Positions 29,733-40,946 of a DNA stretch of 64,000 nt are shown here, one piece after another. Both the position numbers and the translations under genes were made by a program. The DNA is from Armatimonadota bacterium (GTDB lineage Bacteria; Armatimonadota; UBA5829; DTLH01): the NCBI GenBank assembly GCA_038207085.1, contig JBBRAE010000006.1:88184-152183 (forward strand), written 5' to 3'. How positions within the stretch are numbered: position 1 is the stretch's first letter; the number at the start of each line of letters is the position of its first letter. The notes beneath the pieces were generated by a model. That model had not been told where the DNA came from, made no database searches, and saw only the letters and a program-made list of their open reading frames with translations.

Positions 29733-31068
29733 TGAACTGCAATATCAGGCGTATCTTGGTCGTTTGTGTGGCTGTTCTGGCGTCCTGTGGGCACGTTTGG
29801 GGGTGTTTTATGAGGGCTACAACTATACGTCTTGGCCGCCAATCGTGGTGGTGGTCAATCCGCCATCGGCTGGTCAGCTTGCAGGGGCTGGCGAGAGTGT
29901 CGCTTGTGCTGCAACTGCTACGGATTCTGACTATTATACCTATCAGTGGGGGTATGGCTATGCTGCCGACGCTATCGATCCCAACTCGTATAGCTGGAGC
30001 AAGTCAGGCGGAACTATAGGACCTGATCCACAGGATCCGAGCAACAAGGCTAAGGCACGCTGGGTTACCCCCACAAATGGAGGGAGTGCCACAGTGTCCT
30101 GTTACGCCGATGATGTCTACAGCCAGTGCCCGTTGCCCTGGCCTGATCAGGGCTGTAGGGATGACCCAAGGAATTACGGTTCACAATCTATAAGTGTTGT
30201 TGTTGTGGACATCAAGCAGGATAGCTTTGTGATCACTGATCAGATGAAGAACACCGTCGTTGGCAAACAAGTAAGTCTGACAGGTGAGGTCACTGGTGGT
30301 ACGCCAACATACCATACTTGGAGCATTCCAAGCTATTGCGTTAAGAATTACGTACATACATTAACCACTGGTGCTCCAGTAAGTCTTGATCCGACCGACT
30401 TACATTCATCTGGAGTAAGCTACTACTGGGTGGATGGCGGTAATAAGCCTGTTACTTATTCGGCAACAGTGGGAGGACGGGTCTTCACTGCAAGCACGAA
30501 TTTTAGCGTGGCACGCCCTACTGCTGAGGTGAAGACTAAGACAGGTACTGTTGGACTCTACAACCTCACTGGTGGATTGATGTTAAGTTACGGCAATCCT
30601 ACCACACGCGGCATCGAGTTTACACGGACGTGGAGTGAACCGGCTGGCTATACTGAAGGCTGCGTGAAATGGGTGCAAGTGATTAACTCCACTCTGATCC
30701 GGAGACAGGCTAACGGTGGCAACTGGGGTAGTATTCAGGGAGCGGGGTTATTAGATACCCAGTATCCTTATGAAGCAGGGGACAGCACTGAGGATTCGCC
30801 GTATTGCGGAGCGCTCACCAACAGCCATTCCAAATATGAGCGGTCGGACAGTTTCTCTATGTATCTGATGTATGCGCCGTCTGGTGGCATTGACGTTCCG
30901 TTGATCAAGGTGGACTGGTCGTGGTCTGGAAATGCCACTAGGACTGGATCCCAGTGGACTTTGGATTCCTCGAGCAATATTCCATCGAACAGTACTCCAA
31001 CGGTTAGCGGTTCAGACTGTACGTCTTTCCCATTGTGGTCTGGCAATACGTCAGGGCTGCAATGGTGA
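29729..31068 (+). CDS. secreted beta-rich S/T/G/W protein, frameshifted near 29799-29810
   Basis: ATG 29729 (GGAGG RBS, overlaps TPR stop) encodes a signal peptide; the long body is in the -1 frame after GGGGGTGTTTTA. Confidence 0.7.
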
Positions 31069-31145
31069 TTAGTATCAGGAGGATTGTGTTGGATATTGTG
31101 GTAGTTGATTATTGCGTTGTGTATATGAATCGAGGTGTGTAACTG

Positions 31146-32006
31146 ATGTTTGCAAGAGCCAATCCTGAATTTGTCTTTCTCGTTCTATCAGTTGTCTTTG
31201 CCGGACTTTGCTGCGTGTGCGATACCTCGCATGCGGCAAACAAGGACGACGTACCACAGTTGGAGAACCGAATGGGCGTAGTGTCAGAAGGTTTTGTGCT
31301 GACCGCTGAGCTGGAATCAGCGTCTGTAGTGGTCGGGAATCCGGTGATGCTCAAATTGGTGCTGTGGAATGCTAGCAAGAAGAAGCTTGTAATCGACGAT
31401 AGCAATCCTACAGCAGATTACAGCTTGCATTTCTTTGGCGCGACACCACCTGTGGTAGTTGGATCGGCAACCGATAGGATTACCTGGAGGAACGTTGATA
31501 TGGACGTCGAGCCAGGCCAAAAAATAGCCGCTTCGTTTGCTATCGACAAGAAGTTCCAACTCACACCTGGCATCTACAAGTTCGTGGCAACCAGAGCTGT
31601 TCGTCGACTTGATGGCAATGGCTATGCTGATGTCGTCTCAAATTCCGTTGAGCTGACCATATTGCCTAAGAGTTCCCAGATTGCGAAACCTGCATCTGCG
31701 CCATCCGGGTCTCGGCAGGCGAGTTCACACAGTTCGCGTGGGAAACAGGCCAAAGATCCAATGATTAACATCAGGGGCATCTTGGAACGCGAGGGGTTCG
31801 TAGTGCATTGGGATAGCGAAGCTAAGATGGTTACTGCTGCCGCAGCTCACGGGTGTGCTGCCTCCATTGTGGCGGGTAGTAGGAAGATGGTTCTTCGTGG
31901 TGAGAGTGTTCAGATGGGTAGGAGTGCACGAATTGACAAAGGAAGAATATATGTTCCAAAGTCAGACGTTTCACGTATCATAGCCTCGTGCTCATCTGAG
32001 GAATAG
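31146..32006 (+). CDS. exported protein, Ig-like N-region plus copper-amine-oxidase-N (stalk)-like C-domain
   Basis: signal peptide; C-terminal GFVVHWD...ARIDKGRIYVP pattern. Confidence 0.7.
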   Translation: MFARANPEFVFLVLSVVFAGLCCVCDTSHAANKDDVPQLENRMGVVSEGFVLTAELESASVVVGNPVMLKLVLWNASKKKLVIDDSNPTADYSLHFFGATPPVVVGSATDRITWRNVDMDVEPGQKIAASFAIDKKFQLTPGIYKFVATRAVRRLDGNGYADVVSNSVELTILPKSSQIAKPASAPSGSRQASSHSSRGKQAKDPMINIRGILEREGFVVHWDSEAKMVTAAAAHGCAASIVAGSRKMVLRGESVQMGRSARIDKGRIYVPKSDVSRIIASCSSEE

Positions 32007-32055
32007 CGCGGTTAGGATGCTTCGGGCTGGTCCTTCTGTCCCGAAGCATCCCACA

Positions 32056-33330
32056 TCAACGGCCATTCTCATACACCACCCGCACAGCTTTCCCTTCCTG
32101 TCTCGGAAGAGTGCCGGGTTTGAAGATATCTCCTTTGGGGCTGAAGCCGAGTCGCTCTTTCAGGTGTTTCTCGACTATGAACCCCGTTACGCCTGCCTCT
32201 GCCTCAACGTTGATTCGCACGTCGCGGACGCCGTCGATCTCCTCGATGATGATCTGGTAGTGGCTGAGCACTCCGGGGATCTCCATCAGGGCCTGCTCCA
32301 CTTGCCTCGGGAAGAAGTTCACGCCCTTGACAATTAGCATGTCGTCGATGCGGCCGGTGATTCGGTCGATTCTAAGGCTTGTTCGTCCGCACTCGCACTT
32401 CTTTCGGGTGAGGACGCGGGTGAGGTCGCCTGTCCTAAATCGAATAATCGGGATCGCCTTGCGGTTGAGCGAGGTGAAGACGATCTCACCGACCTCGCCG
32501 TCCTCGACGGGTTTGCCGGTTGCGGGGTCGATCACCTCGACGATGTACTGGTCCTCCCACACGTGGATTCCGCAGTGGAAGGGGCAGTCCATACCCGTTG
32601 TGCCGACGCCGCCGGTCTCGGTCATCCCGTAGATATCGAACGCCTCGATGCCAAGGCCGTTTTGGATCTTCTCTCGCATGCTGTCGGAGAACGTTTCAGC
32701 GCCGAAGATGCCGACTTTCAGGCTCGGTACCTCTCTGCCCTGCTCGGCGAGCACTTCCATGATCCTGATGCCGTAGGAGACGACGCCCATCAGGCCCTTG
32801 ACCTGGAAGTCGTTCATCAGCTTGATCTGGCGAGAGGTGTTGCCGCTTCCCGCGGGGATGATGAACATACCCGACTTGCGCGCGCCGTGGTAAAACCCGA
32901 ACCCGCCGTTGAAAAGCCCGAAAGAGGGCGTAATCTGCACCGTGTCACCCGGTGTGAGCCCCGCCATCACGTAGCAGCGCGACATACACTCGGCCCACTG
33001 GTCGAGGTCGTCGTTTGTATACGCCATGACGACGGGAGTGCCGGTCGAGCCCGAGCTCATATGCATCTCTGCAAGCTCGCCACGCTCAACGCAGAGCATC
33101 TCAAGCGGGTAGCCCAGGCGGAAGTCCTCTTTGCTGACGAACGGGATGTTCCGAATGTCCTCGGGCATCTCGATATCTGACGGCTTGACACCTGCTTTGT
33201 CCATTTTGGCGCGGTAGTAGCTGTTGCGCTCGTAGGCGTGCTTGACGGTCGACTTCAGCCTGTCAAACTGAAGCGCCGCGATCTCGTCGCGCGACATGGT
33301 CTCCGCTTTTTCGTTCCAGAATCGGGTCAT
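32056..33330 (-). CDS. paaK: phenylacetate-CoA ligase family protein
   Basis: SSGSTGTP, DIYGMTE, RFRTGDLT and GRIDDMLIVKGVNFFP motifs. Confidence 0.92.
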   Translation of the reverse strand: MTRFWNEKAETMSRDEIAALQFDRLKSTVKHAYERNSYYRAKMDKAGVKPSDIEMPEDIRNIPFVSKEDFRLGYPLEMLCVERGELAEMHMSSGSTGTPVVMAYTNDDLDQWAECMSRCYVMAGLTPGDTVQITPSFGLFNGGFGFYHGARKSGMFIIPAGSGNTSRQIKLMNDFQVKGLMGVVSYGIRIMEVLAEQGREVPSLKVGIFGAETFSDSMREKIQNGLGIEAFDIYGMTETGGVGTTGMDCPFHCGIHVWEDQYIVEVIDPATGKPVEDGEVGEIVFTSLNRKAIPIIRFRTGDLTRVLTRKKCECGRTSLRIDRITGRIDDMLIVKGVNFFPRQVEQALMEIPGVLSHYQIIIEEIDGVRDVRINVEAEAGVTGFIVEKHLKERLGFSPKGDIFKPGTLPRQEGKAVRVVYENGR

Positions 33331-33509
33331 CTCAACCTCTCCTCACCAGTTCACGTCAGAATGCATGAGCTTTCCGGCTCTATTGTACGACACGGAGCGC
33401 GTCGAGGGCAAGCTGTGTTGACAAGCAAGCAATCGGAGCGTATGCCGTGTCCATAAATAGGTTAGGAGGATGTCAAGTTTGAAGAAACTGCTACTGGCGC
33501 GGCTATCCG

Positions 33510-33710
33510 TTAGTCGACTTCTATTCCTGCCGACTTGAGAATAAATGCTTGGATGCCAGGCTTCAATGGTTTGTTACCGTGGATAGGAACAGACAAACGT
33601 TCCCGCCTGCCTTCTTTTGCGTAGATGTGATGGCTGCCGTGGATTCGTGTGAGTTGCCAACTGTTAGTTTCAAATATGCGTGCGAGATCTTTGCCCGTAA
33701 GCGGCTTCAT
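33510..33710 (-). CDS. hicA: HicA family toxin
   Basis: GSHHIY and VPIHGNK motifs, 66 aa. Confidence 0.93.
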   Translation of the reverse strand: MKPLTGKDLARIFETNSWQLTRIHGSHHIYAKEGRRERLSVPIHGNKPLKPGIQAFILKSAGIEVD

Positions 33711-33910
33711 ACCGCAATTTCCATCACTCTGGTATGCTCATTCATACGGCCGACTGTTTCCATATCTACAGTCAGGCAGCCCTCGATTGCCTCTTGAATG
33801 TTTTGCAGTAGTTCTTCCATAGTATCGCCCTGGCTTGCGCATCCAGGGATTGCGGGAACTTCAGCCCAGTATCCCTGTTCTTCTTCATGCACGATGATTT
33901 TCAGTTTCAT
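33707..33910 (-). CDS. hicB: HicB family antitoxin (short form)
   Basis: GYWAEVPAIPGCASQGDT.EE...NIQEAI motif; overlaps hicA start. Confidence 0.93.
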   Translation of the reverse strand: MKLKIIVHEEEQGYWAEVPAIPGCASQGDTMEELLQNIQEAIEGCLTVDMETVGRMNEHTRVMEIAV

Positions 33911-34079
33911 TGTTGTTGTCCTCGGAGGAATAGGTATCTAACCTATTATATCCCGAATCTCTTGTGTGTTTTTGGCAGCAGACTGCTCCGAATGTAGTTT
34001 CTTTATCAGCTTCCCCAGGCTCCCAATAGGTTCTCCTTCTCGAAGAATGGGAGGAGGCCACAAATCTCCTCCTCCCCAA

Positions 34080-34110
34080 GCTAACAGCTAACTGCTAATA
34101 GCTAAAAGCT
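34080..34110. repeat. 7-bp tandem repeat (GCTAANN x4)
   Basis: gctaaca gctaact gctaata gctaaaa gct at the stop of the binding-protein gene. Confidence 0.75.
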
Positions 34111-35245
34111 ACTTCGCCATCACATATTTGCCGTTGACGACTTTGACCATCACCATCGAGCTGAAGCCGAGGCCGCAGTGGTCGACTTTGGTCATGTTGT
34201 AAACGCCGCTTACGCCGACGTAACCCTTGGTGCCTTCGATCGCATTGCGGAGCTTGGCCGGGTCGGTGCCGGCTTTCTTGATGCCGAGCGCGACGATCTG
34301 CACCGCGTCCCAGGCATACCCCGAGTGCGTGCCGATCTCACCGAGCTTGCGGGCCTTGAACTCCTTGATGAAAGACAGCACGACCGGCTTCTGCGGGTCG
34401 CTCTTCGGGAGCTGGTTCGCGGCCATCAGCTTGGTCGCGGGCATCATCGTGCCGTTTGCAGCGGCTCCGGCGAGCTTGAGGTAGTTCGCATCGGGCTGGC
34501 CGTGGCACTGGAATAGCGGGATGTTGATCCCCGCCTGCTTGGCGTTCTTGGCGATGATCGCGCCTGCGGGTCCGATCGTCCAAACGACAATCGCCTTCGG
34601 CTTGGCAGCGGCGACTTTCGAGAGCTGAACGGTCATGTTCGAGTCGGTCGGCGCAAACGACTCCTGAGCGACGATCCTGATTCCGTACTTCGACGCCATC
34701 TCTTTCAGGACGTTTTCGCCCTCCTGCCCGAACTTGTCACCGGCGACGAGCAGCGCGACATCGTTCAGTTTGTGCTGTCGCAGGTAGTTGAAGAGCACCA
34801 TAACGGCAGTGCTTGTCTTCTGAGGGGTCTTAAATACCAGAGGGCGAGCTGGCTTGACGGGTGCATCGCCGCCGACTGTCGCGACGACGGGGATCTTCGC
34901 GTCCTCGATCGCGCTCATACAAGCCATCGCCGCGCCTGTGGTGGTCGGGCCGATCACGGCGACGACGTTATCGCGGTCGACAAGCCTCTTGAACTTGACG
35001 ACGGCCTGCGAAGGCTCGCTTTCGGTGTCGGCGATAATGAGCTGGATCTTACGTCCGTTGATCCCGCCCTTCTTGTTGATCTGGTCGACAGCCATCTGCG
35101 CCACATCTCTGCTGGCGACGCCGATGTTCTGCGCCTTGCCGGTAAGGTCAAAGAGCCCACCGATCCTGATCGGCTCTGCGGCCATCGCGGCTGTCGATAT
35201 CGCAAAGACAACGACCAGTGCGAGGGCGAAAAACTTGAAATTCAT
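34109..35245 (-). CDS. Liv-type ABC transporter substrate-binding protein
   Basis: signal peptide; GGINGRKIQLIIAD and VIGPTTTG motifs; ATG 35245 after AGGAGA. Confidence 0.92.
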   Translation of the reverse strand: MNFKFFALALVVVFAISTAAMAAEPIRIGGLFDLTGKAQNIGVASRDVAQMAVDQINKKGGINGRKIQLIIADTESEPSQAVVKFKRLVDRDNVVAVIGPTTTGAAMACMSAIEDAKIPVVATVGGDAPVKPARPLVFKTPQKTSTAVMVLFNYLRQHKLNDVALLVAGDKFGQEGENVLKEMASKYGIRIVAQESFAPTDSNMTVQLSKVAAAKPKAIVVWTIGPAGAIIAKNAKQAGINIPLFQCHGQPDANYLKLAGAAANGTMMPATKLMAANQLPKSDPQKPVVLSFIKEFKARKLGEIGTHSGYAWDAVQIVALGIKKAGTDPAKLRNAIEGTKGYVGVSGVYNMTKVDHCGLGFSSMVMVKVVNGKYVMAK

Positions 35246-35266
35246 AACGGTCTCCTCTCCAATCAT

Positions 35267-35291
35267 GGGCAGACCATTGGTCCACCCCTAC
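35267..35291 (-). repeat. GTAG-type REP-like palindrome, degenerate copy 3
   Basis: GGGCAGACCATTGGTCCACCCCTAC on the plus strand. Confidence 0.7.
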
Positions 35292-35387
35292 AGGGTTAAG
35301 ATATACTTAAGCAAAAGCGCGTGGATACCTTCATTTTGCGCCTGTGAATTAGCTATCGGAGTCTATAGTACGTCGATAGATTCGTCT

Positions 35388-35582
35388 AGCGCACCCTTCG
35401 AGAGCCTCAGGGTGAGGGGTTTGGGTTGGGTGAAATGTGAGAGATCGTACCTATGCTCTGAGTCTACAGACCCACCATCGCTAAACTATAGACAAATCCA
35501 AAACCAATCACGTTGAGGCTCTCGAAGGGTGCGCTCCACCCAAAGAATCGCCAAAGGCCAATCCCTCGAAGCTAATCCCAAA
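35388..35582. repeat. REPIN/MITE-like element A
   Basis: internal 28-bp inverted repeats at 35388-35415 and 35508-35535; the whole element is an inverted copy of 38983-39234. Confidence 0.85.
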
Positions 35583-35585
35583 CCT

Positions 35586-36286
35586 CTATATCCCCAGATA
35601 CGCCCGCTTAACGTCCTCGCTCTCCATCACGACCGACGACGGCCCCTCAAGCACGATGCGGCCGTTTTCGAGCACGTAGGCACGGTCGGCGACTTCGAGC
35701 GCCTGCTGGACGTTCTGCTCGGCGAGGAGGATCGTCATTCCCGAGGCTTTCAGTTGCTTGATCTTCTCGAAGACTTCGGCGACCAAGAGCGGCGCGAGGC
35801 CTGTTGATGGTTCATCGAGCAACAAAATATCGGGGGAGCCTACGAGCGCTTTGGCGATGGCGAGCATCTGTTGCTGACCGCCGGAGAGGTTCCCCGCACG
35901 GTCGCCCAGTCTGTCTTTTAAGGCTGGGAAAAGCTCGAAGGTCTTCTCTATCGCGCCGGAGAGCTTGCTTCCTCGAAGCCTGCGCGAGTAGCCGCCCATA
36001 CGGAGGTTGTCGAGAATACTCATCCCGGGGAAGAGCCCCCGGCCCTCGGGGACGAACGCAAGGCCCTTCGAGGCGATCTTCTCAGCCGGTGCGCCGCCGA
36101 TGCTCTTGCCACCGAGGAGTATGCGGCCCTCTCGCGGAGAAATCAGGCCCGATGCAGTCCGCTGAAGCGTGCTTTTGCCCGCGCCGTTTGCGCCAAGGAG
36201 TGCGACGACCTCGCCCTGGCCCACTCGAAGCGAAACGCCGTGGAGGACCATCAGGTCTTCGTACCCGGACTCGATGTTGATCATCT

Positions 36287-36293
<7 letters not shown>
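35586..36293 (-). CDS. livF: Liv-type ABC transporter ATPase (LivF-like)
   Basis: GANGAGKST, VPEGR, LSGGQQQML, DEPS.GLAP and KRAYLG motifs. Confidence 0.93.
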
Positions 36294-37035
<742 letters not shown>

Positions 37036-37039
<4 letters not shown>

Positions 37040-38052
37040 TGTCGGTCTCCGATCAGTCTCGTGACCCGTCCGAAGCTGCGCCTTATGCCAGGAAGCAGGC
37101 CGTCTCGGGAGAATATCATTATGAGAACGAGGATCAGACCGAAGGCGAGTTCTTCGTAGCGCGCGGTGTCGATTCCGACGTTGGCCCCGAGCGTGTTGAT
37201 CGCCTCGCGCAGCCCGAGCATCACAAGCACGCCCGCAATGCCTCCCCAGACGCTTCCCATTCCGCCGATCACGACCATAGTCACAAGCGTAACTGAAACC
37301 TTGAGCTCAAGCGGCTCTGTCGTAAGCGACCCACCGGAGCAGACAAAAGCGTAGAGAAACCCGGCAAAGGCGGCGAGGATTCCACTTGCGACGAACACCT
37401 TCAGCTTCACCCCAAACGCACTGATGCCGAGCGACTCGGCTGCGTCCTCGTCTCCGTGGACTGCTTTTAGCGCGCGCCCGGCGGGGCTTTCGGTAAGGTG
37501 AACGGCCCACGTGACTGCGATGATCGCGAAGAACCAGACGAGGTAGACCCCCGCGAGGTCGCCGCCTCGGCTGAGCAGGCCAAAGGGGTCCATTTGCGGC
37601 ATTCCGTATATCTCTGCTGTCCCTTCGGCAAAGCTCAGGCTGTTGATGATCTCGTGGGTGATGATCCCAATACAGAGCGTCGCAAGGGCGAGGTAGTGGC
37701 CCTTTAGCCGCAGTATCCAGAACCCCGTGATGAACGCAAGGAGCCCGCCTGAGGCGATCGAAAGAACGAGCCCAAGCCACATCGGCAGGTGGAATTGCGA
37801 GACCGCTATCGCTGACGCGTACGCGCCGAGCCCGTAGAACGCGGCGTGCCCGAGCGACACCTGGCCCGTGAACCCCATCAGAAGCGTCAGGCCGACGACG
37901 ATGATCGCGTAGACCCCGGCAAGTTGGGCGAGCGGCAGCAGATACTCGAACTGGCCTCGCATCAGAAGAGGCAGCGCTGCGACCATAATCGCAAGAACGA
38001 GCGGGCCTCGGTAGAGCCTGGCGTAGGACATCGGCTGGGGGAACTTTTTCAT
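37036..38052 (-). CDS. livM: Liv-type ABC transporter permease (LivM-like)
   Basis: GQVSLGHAAF.G.GAY and LRLKGHYLALATL motifs. Confidence 0.92.
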
Positions 38053-38900
38053 TTGGACAAGAGCCCCCTTGGTCTGACGAGCAGGATCACAACAACAATC
38101 GCAAGCGCGAGCGCGTCTTTATACTCCGACCACCGCCAGCTTGTGAAGACCTCAAGGATGCCCAGAAGAAGCCCGCCGATCACCCCTCCGATGGGGTTTC
38201 CGAGCCCACCGAGGATCGCCGCGGCGAAGCCCTTCAGACCGAGCATCGTGCCGCGTGAGAAGTCCATTGAGGTGCTTGGTGTTATCAATACACCGGCGAC
38301 TCCGGCTAAGAGGGCGCTAAGGGAAAACGCGGCGCTCGACATCCGCCCGATGGGGACACCTGAGAGCTTCGCTCCTTCGGGGTTGTCGGCGCAGGCGCGC
38401 ATGGCGCGTCCGGTCGTGGTAAATCTGAAAAAGCCGGACAGAGCGAGCATGCAAGCCGCCGCTACGGCGACACCGAGCAGGTCGTTATAGTTTACGACCG
38501 TTTTCCCGAGCTTGGTCGAGCCATCGACGGCGGCGGCAAGCGACTGGGGATCGGTGATCTTGAGCGAGACAAGCGCCTTGATGACGATCGATGCGCCTAT
38601 CGTGATAATAATATGTGTGACCGGGCTTGCTTTGCGGACCGGCCTGATCGCGAGCACATCGAGCAATAGCCCGACGAGCCCGGCCGCCGCAATTCCAACG
38701 AGCATAGCGACCGCAAGCGGCCAGTGGAGCATCCCCCATGCGACGCCCGCAGTGACACCGCCGACCATCACAAACTCCCCTTGCGCGAAGTTGATGATCC
38801 CCGTCGTCTTGTAGATAACGTTAAACCCAAGCGAGATCAACGCATATACGCTGCCGATTATGATTCCCTGTATAAGGAATAGTGTTACAAAGTCGCCCAA
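38049..38900 (-). CDS. livH: Liv-type ABC transporter permease (LivH-like)
   Basis: INFAQGEF, GRAMRA, AILGGLGN and RPRGL motifs. Confidence 0.92.
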   Translation of the reverse strand: MGDFVTLFLIQGIIIGSVYALISLGFNVIYKTTGIINFAQGEFVMVGGVTAGVAWGMLHWPLAVAMLVGIAAAGLVGLLLDVLAIRPVRKASPVTHIIITIGASIVIKALVSLKITDPQSLAAAVDGSTKLGKTVVNYNDLLGVAVAAACMLALSGFFRFTTTGRAMRACADNPEGAKLSGVPIGRMSSAAFSLSALLAGVAGVLITPSTSMDFSRGTMLGLKGFAAAILGGLGNPIGGVIGGLLLGILEVFTSWRWSEYKDALALAIVVVILLVRPRGLLSK

Positions 38901-38982
38901 TACTCGCGTGTTTCCTCTTTAACTCAACAGTCATGATTATATGACATTTCCGATGATCTGCCAAACGGTTTGTGATGGATGA

Positions 38983-39234
38983 TTGGGATTAGCTCCGGGA
39001 ATTGGCTTGTGTCGGCTATTTGGGTGGAGCGCACGTTTCGAGAGCCTCAACGTGATTGGCTTTAGGTTGATCAAGTATGAGAGATGGTGGTCGCTCATCC
39101 TTCGTGCTTCGAGAGCCTCAGCATGACGCTTCGCTGTTCTGGATGGCAGGTGTGTAGGCTCAGAGTATAGGCACAATCTCTCACATTTCACTCAAACCCA
39201 AACCCCTCACCCTGAGGCTCTCGAAGGGTGCGCT
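38983..39234. repeat. REPIN/MITE-like element B
   Basis: inverted repeats at 39028-39055 and 39207-39234, plus an extra core CTTCGAGAGCCTCAGCATGAC at 39107-39127. Confidence 0.85.
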
Positions 39235-39499
39235 CCACAAATCAAAGAGCGTACTACAACAAATGGAGGCTAACAGAATCCCCAACCCGCGCCAGTCCGG
39301 CTACTAACTCTATGCCCCGTGCCCCGTTTGGCATCCTGCCAGAAGGGTAAATTTATAATCAGCTCATGCAGAGCTAAACAAATAATCGAAAATATTCGCC
39401 AGACAAGCACATGCATTCAGATTGTGGTATAATCCGGTTACTACCGATATACGACTACTTACTTGCGGCGGAAATGCCGGGGGAAGGGGGTCTACCGAA

Positions 39500-39799
39500 A
39501 TGCCGGTTGAAGATGCTGAAATGACCCGACAGGTGCGCAGGGAGATATCCAGGCGCTACGTAGATGCTACTAACGTGGATGTTCGAGTTATCCACGGCGT
39601 GGTGTACTTGCGGGGGTTTATGGATCACCTCGCGACCCACCAGGGGCTTAGTCTTGGCAATGAACTAGAGATCATTACGCGTGTTCTTCGCAGTAGGCCA
39701 GGTATCAGGGACGTTGTAAGTGAGGTGAACCTCGGCAAACCAGGTCTGCGCGAAAACGTCCGTGCTGCTGAGAAAAGAGGGTATCACGGTCTTGGTTGA
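39500..39799 (+). CDS. small BON-domain-like protein
   Basis: DATNVDVRVIHGVVYLRG and PGIRDVVSEV; upstream extended -10 TGGTATAAT. Confidence 0.7.
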   Translation: MPVEDAEMTRQVRREISRRYVDATNVDVRVIHGVVYLRGFMDHLATHQGLSLGNELEIITRVLRSRPGIRDVVSEVNLGKPGLRENVRAAEKRGYHGLG

Positions 39800-39970
39800 C
39801 GAGCTGAAGCCGGCCGTCTTCCGGTCGCACTCCTGCACGACTTATCCATACTTCAAGTTTTGGTTGCCACAGCGATTCATGTAAAGCTATTCCCAAGGTG
39901 AGTCGCTGTGTGTGCCTCCTCATTGGCGTTGCACTTCTTTTATAACACTGCCCACACACTCCTCAATGGT

Positions 39971-40813
39971 TCAGAAGACAACGCTTCCTTTGGTTTGCAG
40001 GTCGATCGCGGTGCCGCCGCGCACTGCTGATGGGCAGCATCCGAACCGCGCTTTGAACGCTCTGCTGAAGTGAAATGGGCTTGAGTAACCGAGGCGTTCG
40101 GCGACCTGGTTGACGGGGCAGGCGTCGTGCTGGAGCATTTGGAGCGCCAGACGCATCCTGATTTCGGTGTAATAGACCTTGGGTGACTTGCCTGTCACAA
40201 CGAGGAACGACTGTCGCATCCACCTTGCGCTGATACCGAGTTCGCGCGCGAGCATTTCTACAGATATTGGATTTGTGATCTCCCGCTGCATCCGTTTTGC
40301 CGCGTAGGCGACGATCTCGCGCATGGGGTCGTGTTTCTCGCCGTTTCGTCGCCAGCGGGTTGCCCACTCGTGCACGAGCATGTTGCAAAGCGCGGAGGCG
40401 GCGGAGCGCGAAGCTTCGTCCTCTTGGCTGAGCAGGTAAAAGCTGTGGTCGATGAGGTCCGGCTCCCAGGTGCTCGGTTCGACGGTCAGAACTTCATGCC
40501 AAGGGTAGGGGACCATCCCTTCCCGGGCGCAGACCATCCACGAAAACTGCCAGCGTGGGCCCAGCGTCTCATATCGGCTGATCATCAGATCGTCTGCGAG
40601 AAACACCGTGTTCTCGGTGAGTATAGACGTGCCGTGCCCGTCGATATCGATCCTGCCGCAGCCCGCAGTCGTTCGGATTACTATTACGAGTGCGCTGTCG
40701 CGAGACTTTCGGACTACCTGGTAGCTTTCGTCCTGGTCTACGAGCCACATTGTCCGAAGGGCTACCCCGAGGCAGTCGCTTGGCCCGGTGCTCATCGCTG
40801 AAATGCTTTTCAT
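39971..40813 (-). CDS. AraC family transcriptional regulator
   Basis: VAERLGYSSPFHFSRAFKARFGCCPS C-terminal HTH. Confidence 0.93.
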   Translation of the reverse strand: MKSISAMSTGPSDCLGVALRTMWLVDQDESYQVVRKSRDSALVIVIRTTAGCGRIDIDGHGTSILTENTVFLADDLMISRYETLGPRWQFSWMVCAREGMVPYPWHEVLTVEPSTWEPDLIDHSFYLLSQEDEASRSAASALCNMLVHEWATRWRRNGEKHDPMREIVAYAAKRMQREITNPISVEMLARELGISARWMRQSFLVVTGKSPKVYYTEIRMRLALQMLQHDACPVNQVAERLGYSSPFHFSRAFKARFGCCPSAVRGGTAIDLQTKGSVVF

Positions 40814-40946
40814 TCTGTGTTACTTCCGATTTTGGCAGGTGTCTGAGACTACTATGGTATGGCATTGCATGCTGTATTGCTATAATATTTCCGTAAATAG
40901 CAGGCTGATTCCTTCCTGCTTGATAACCTTGAGAGGATACTTGTTG

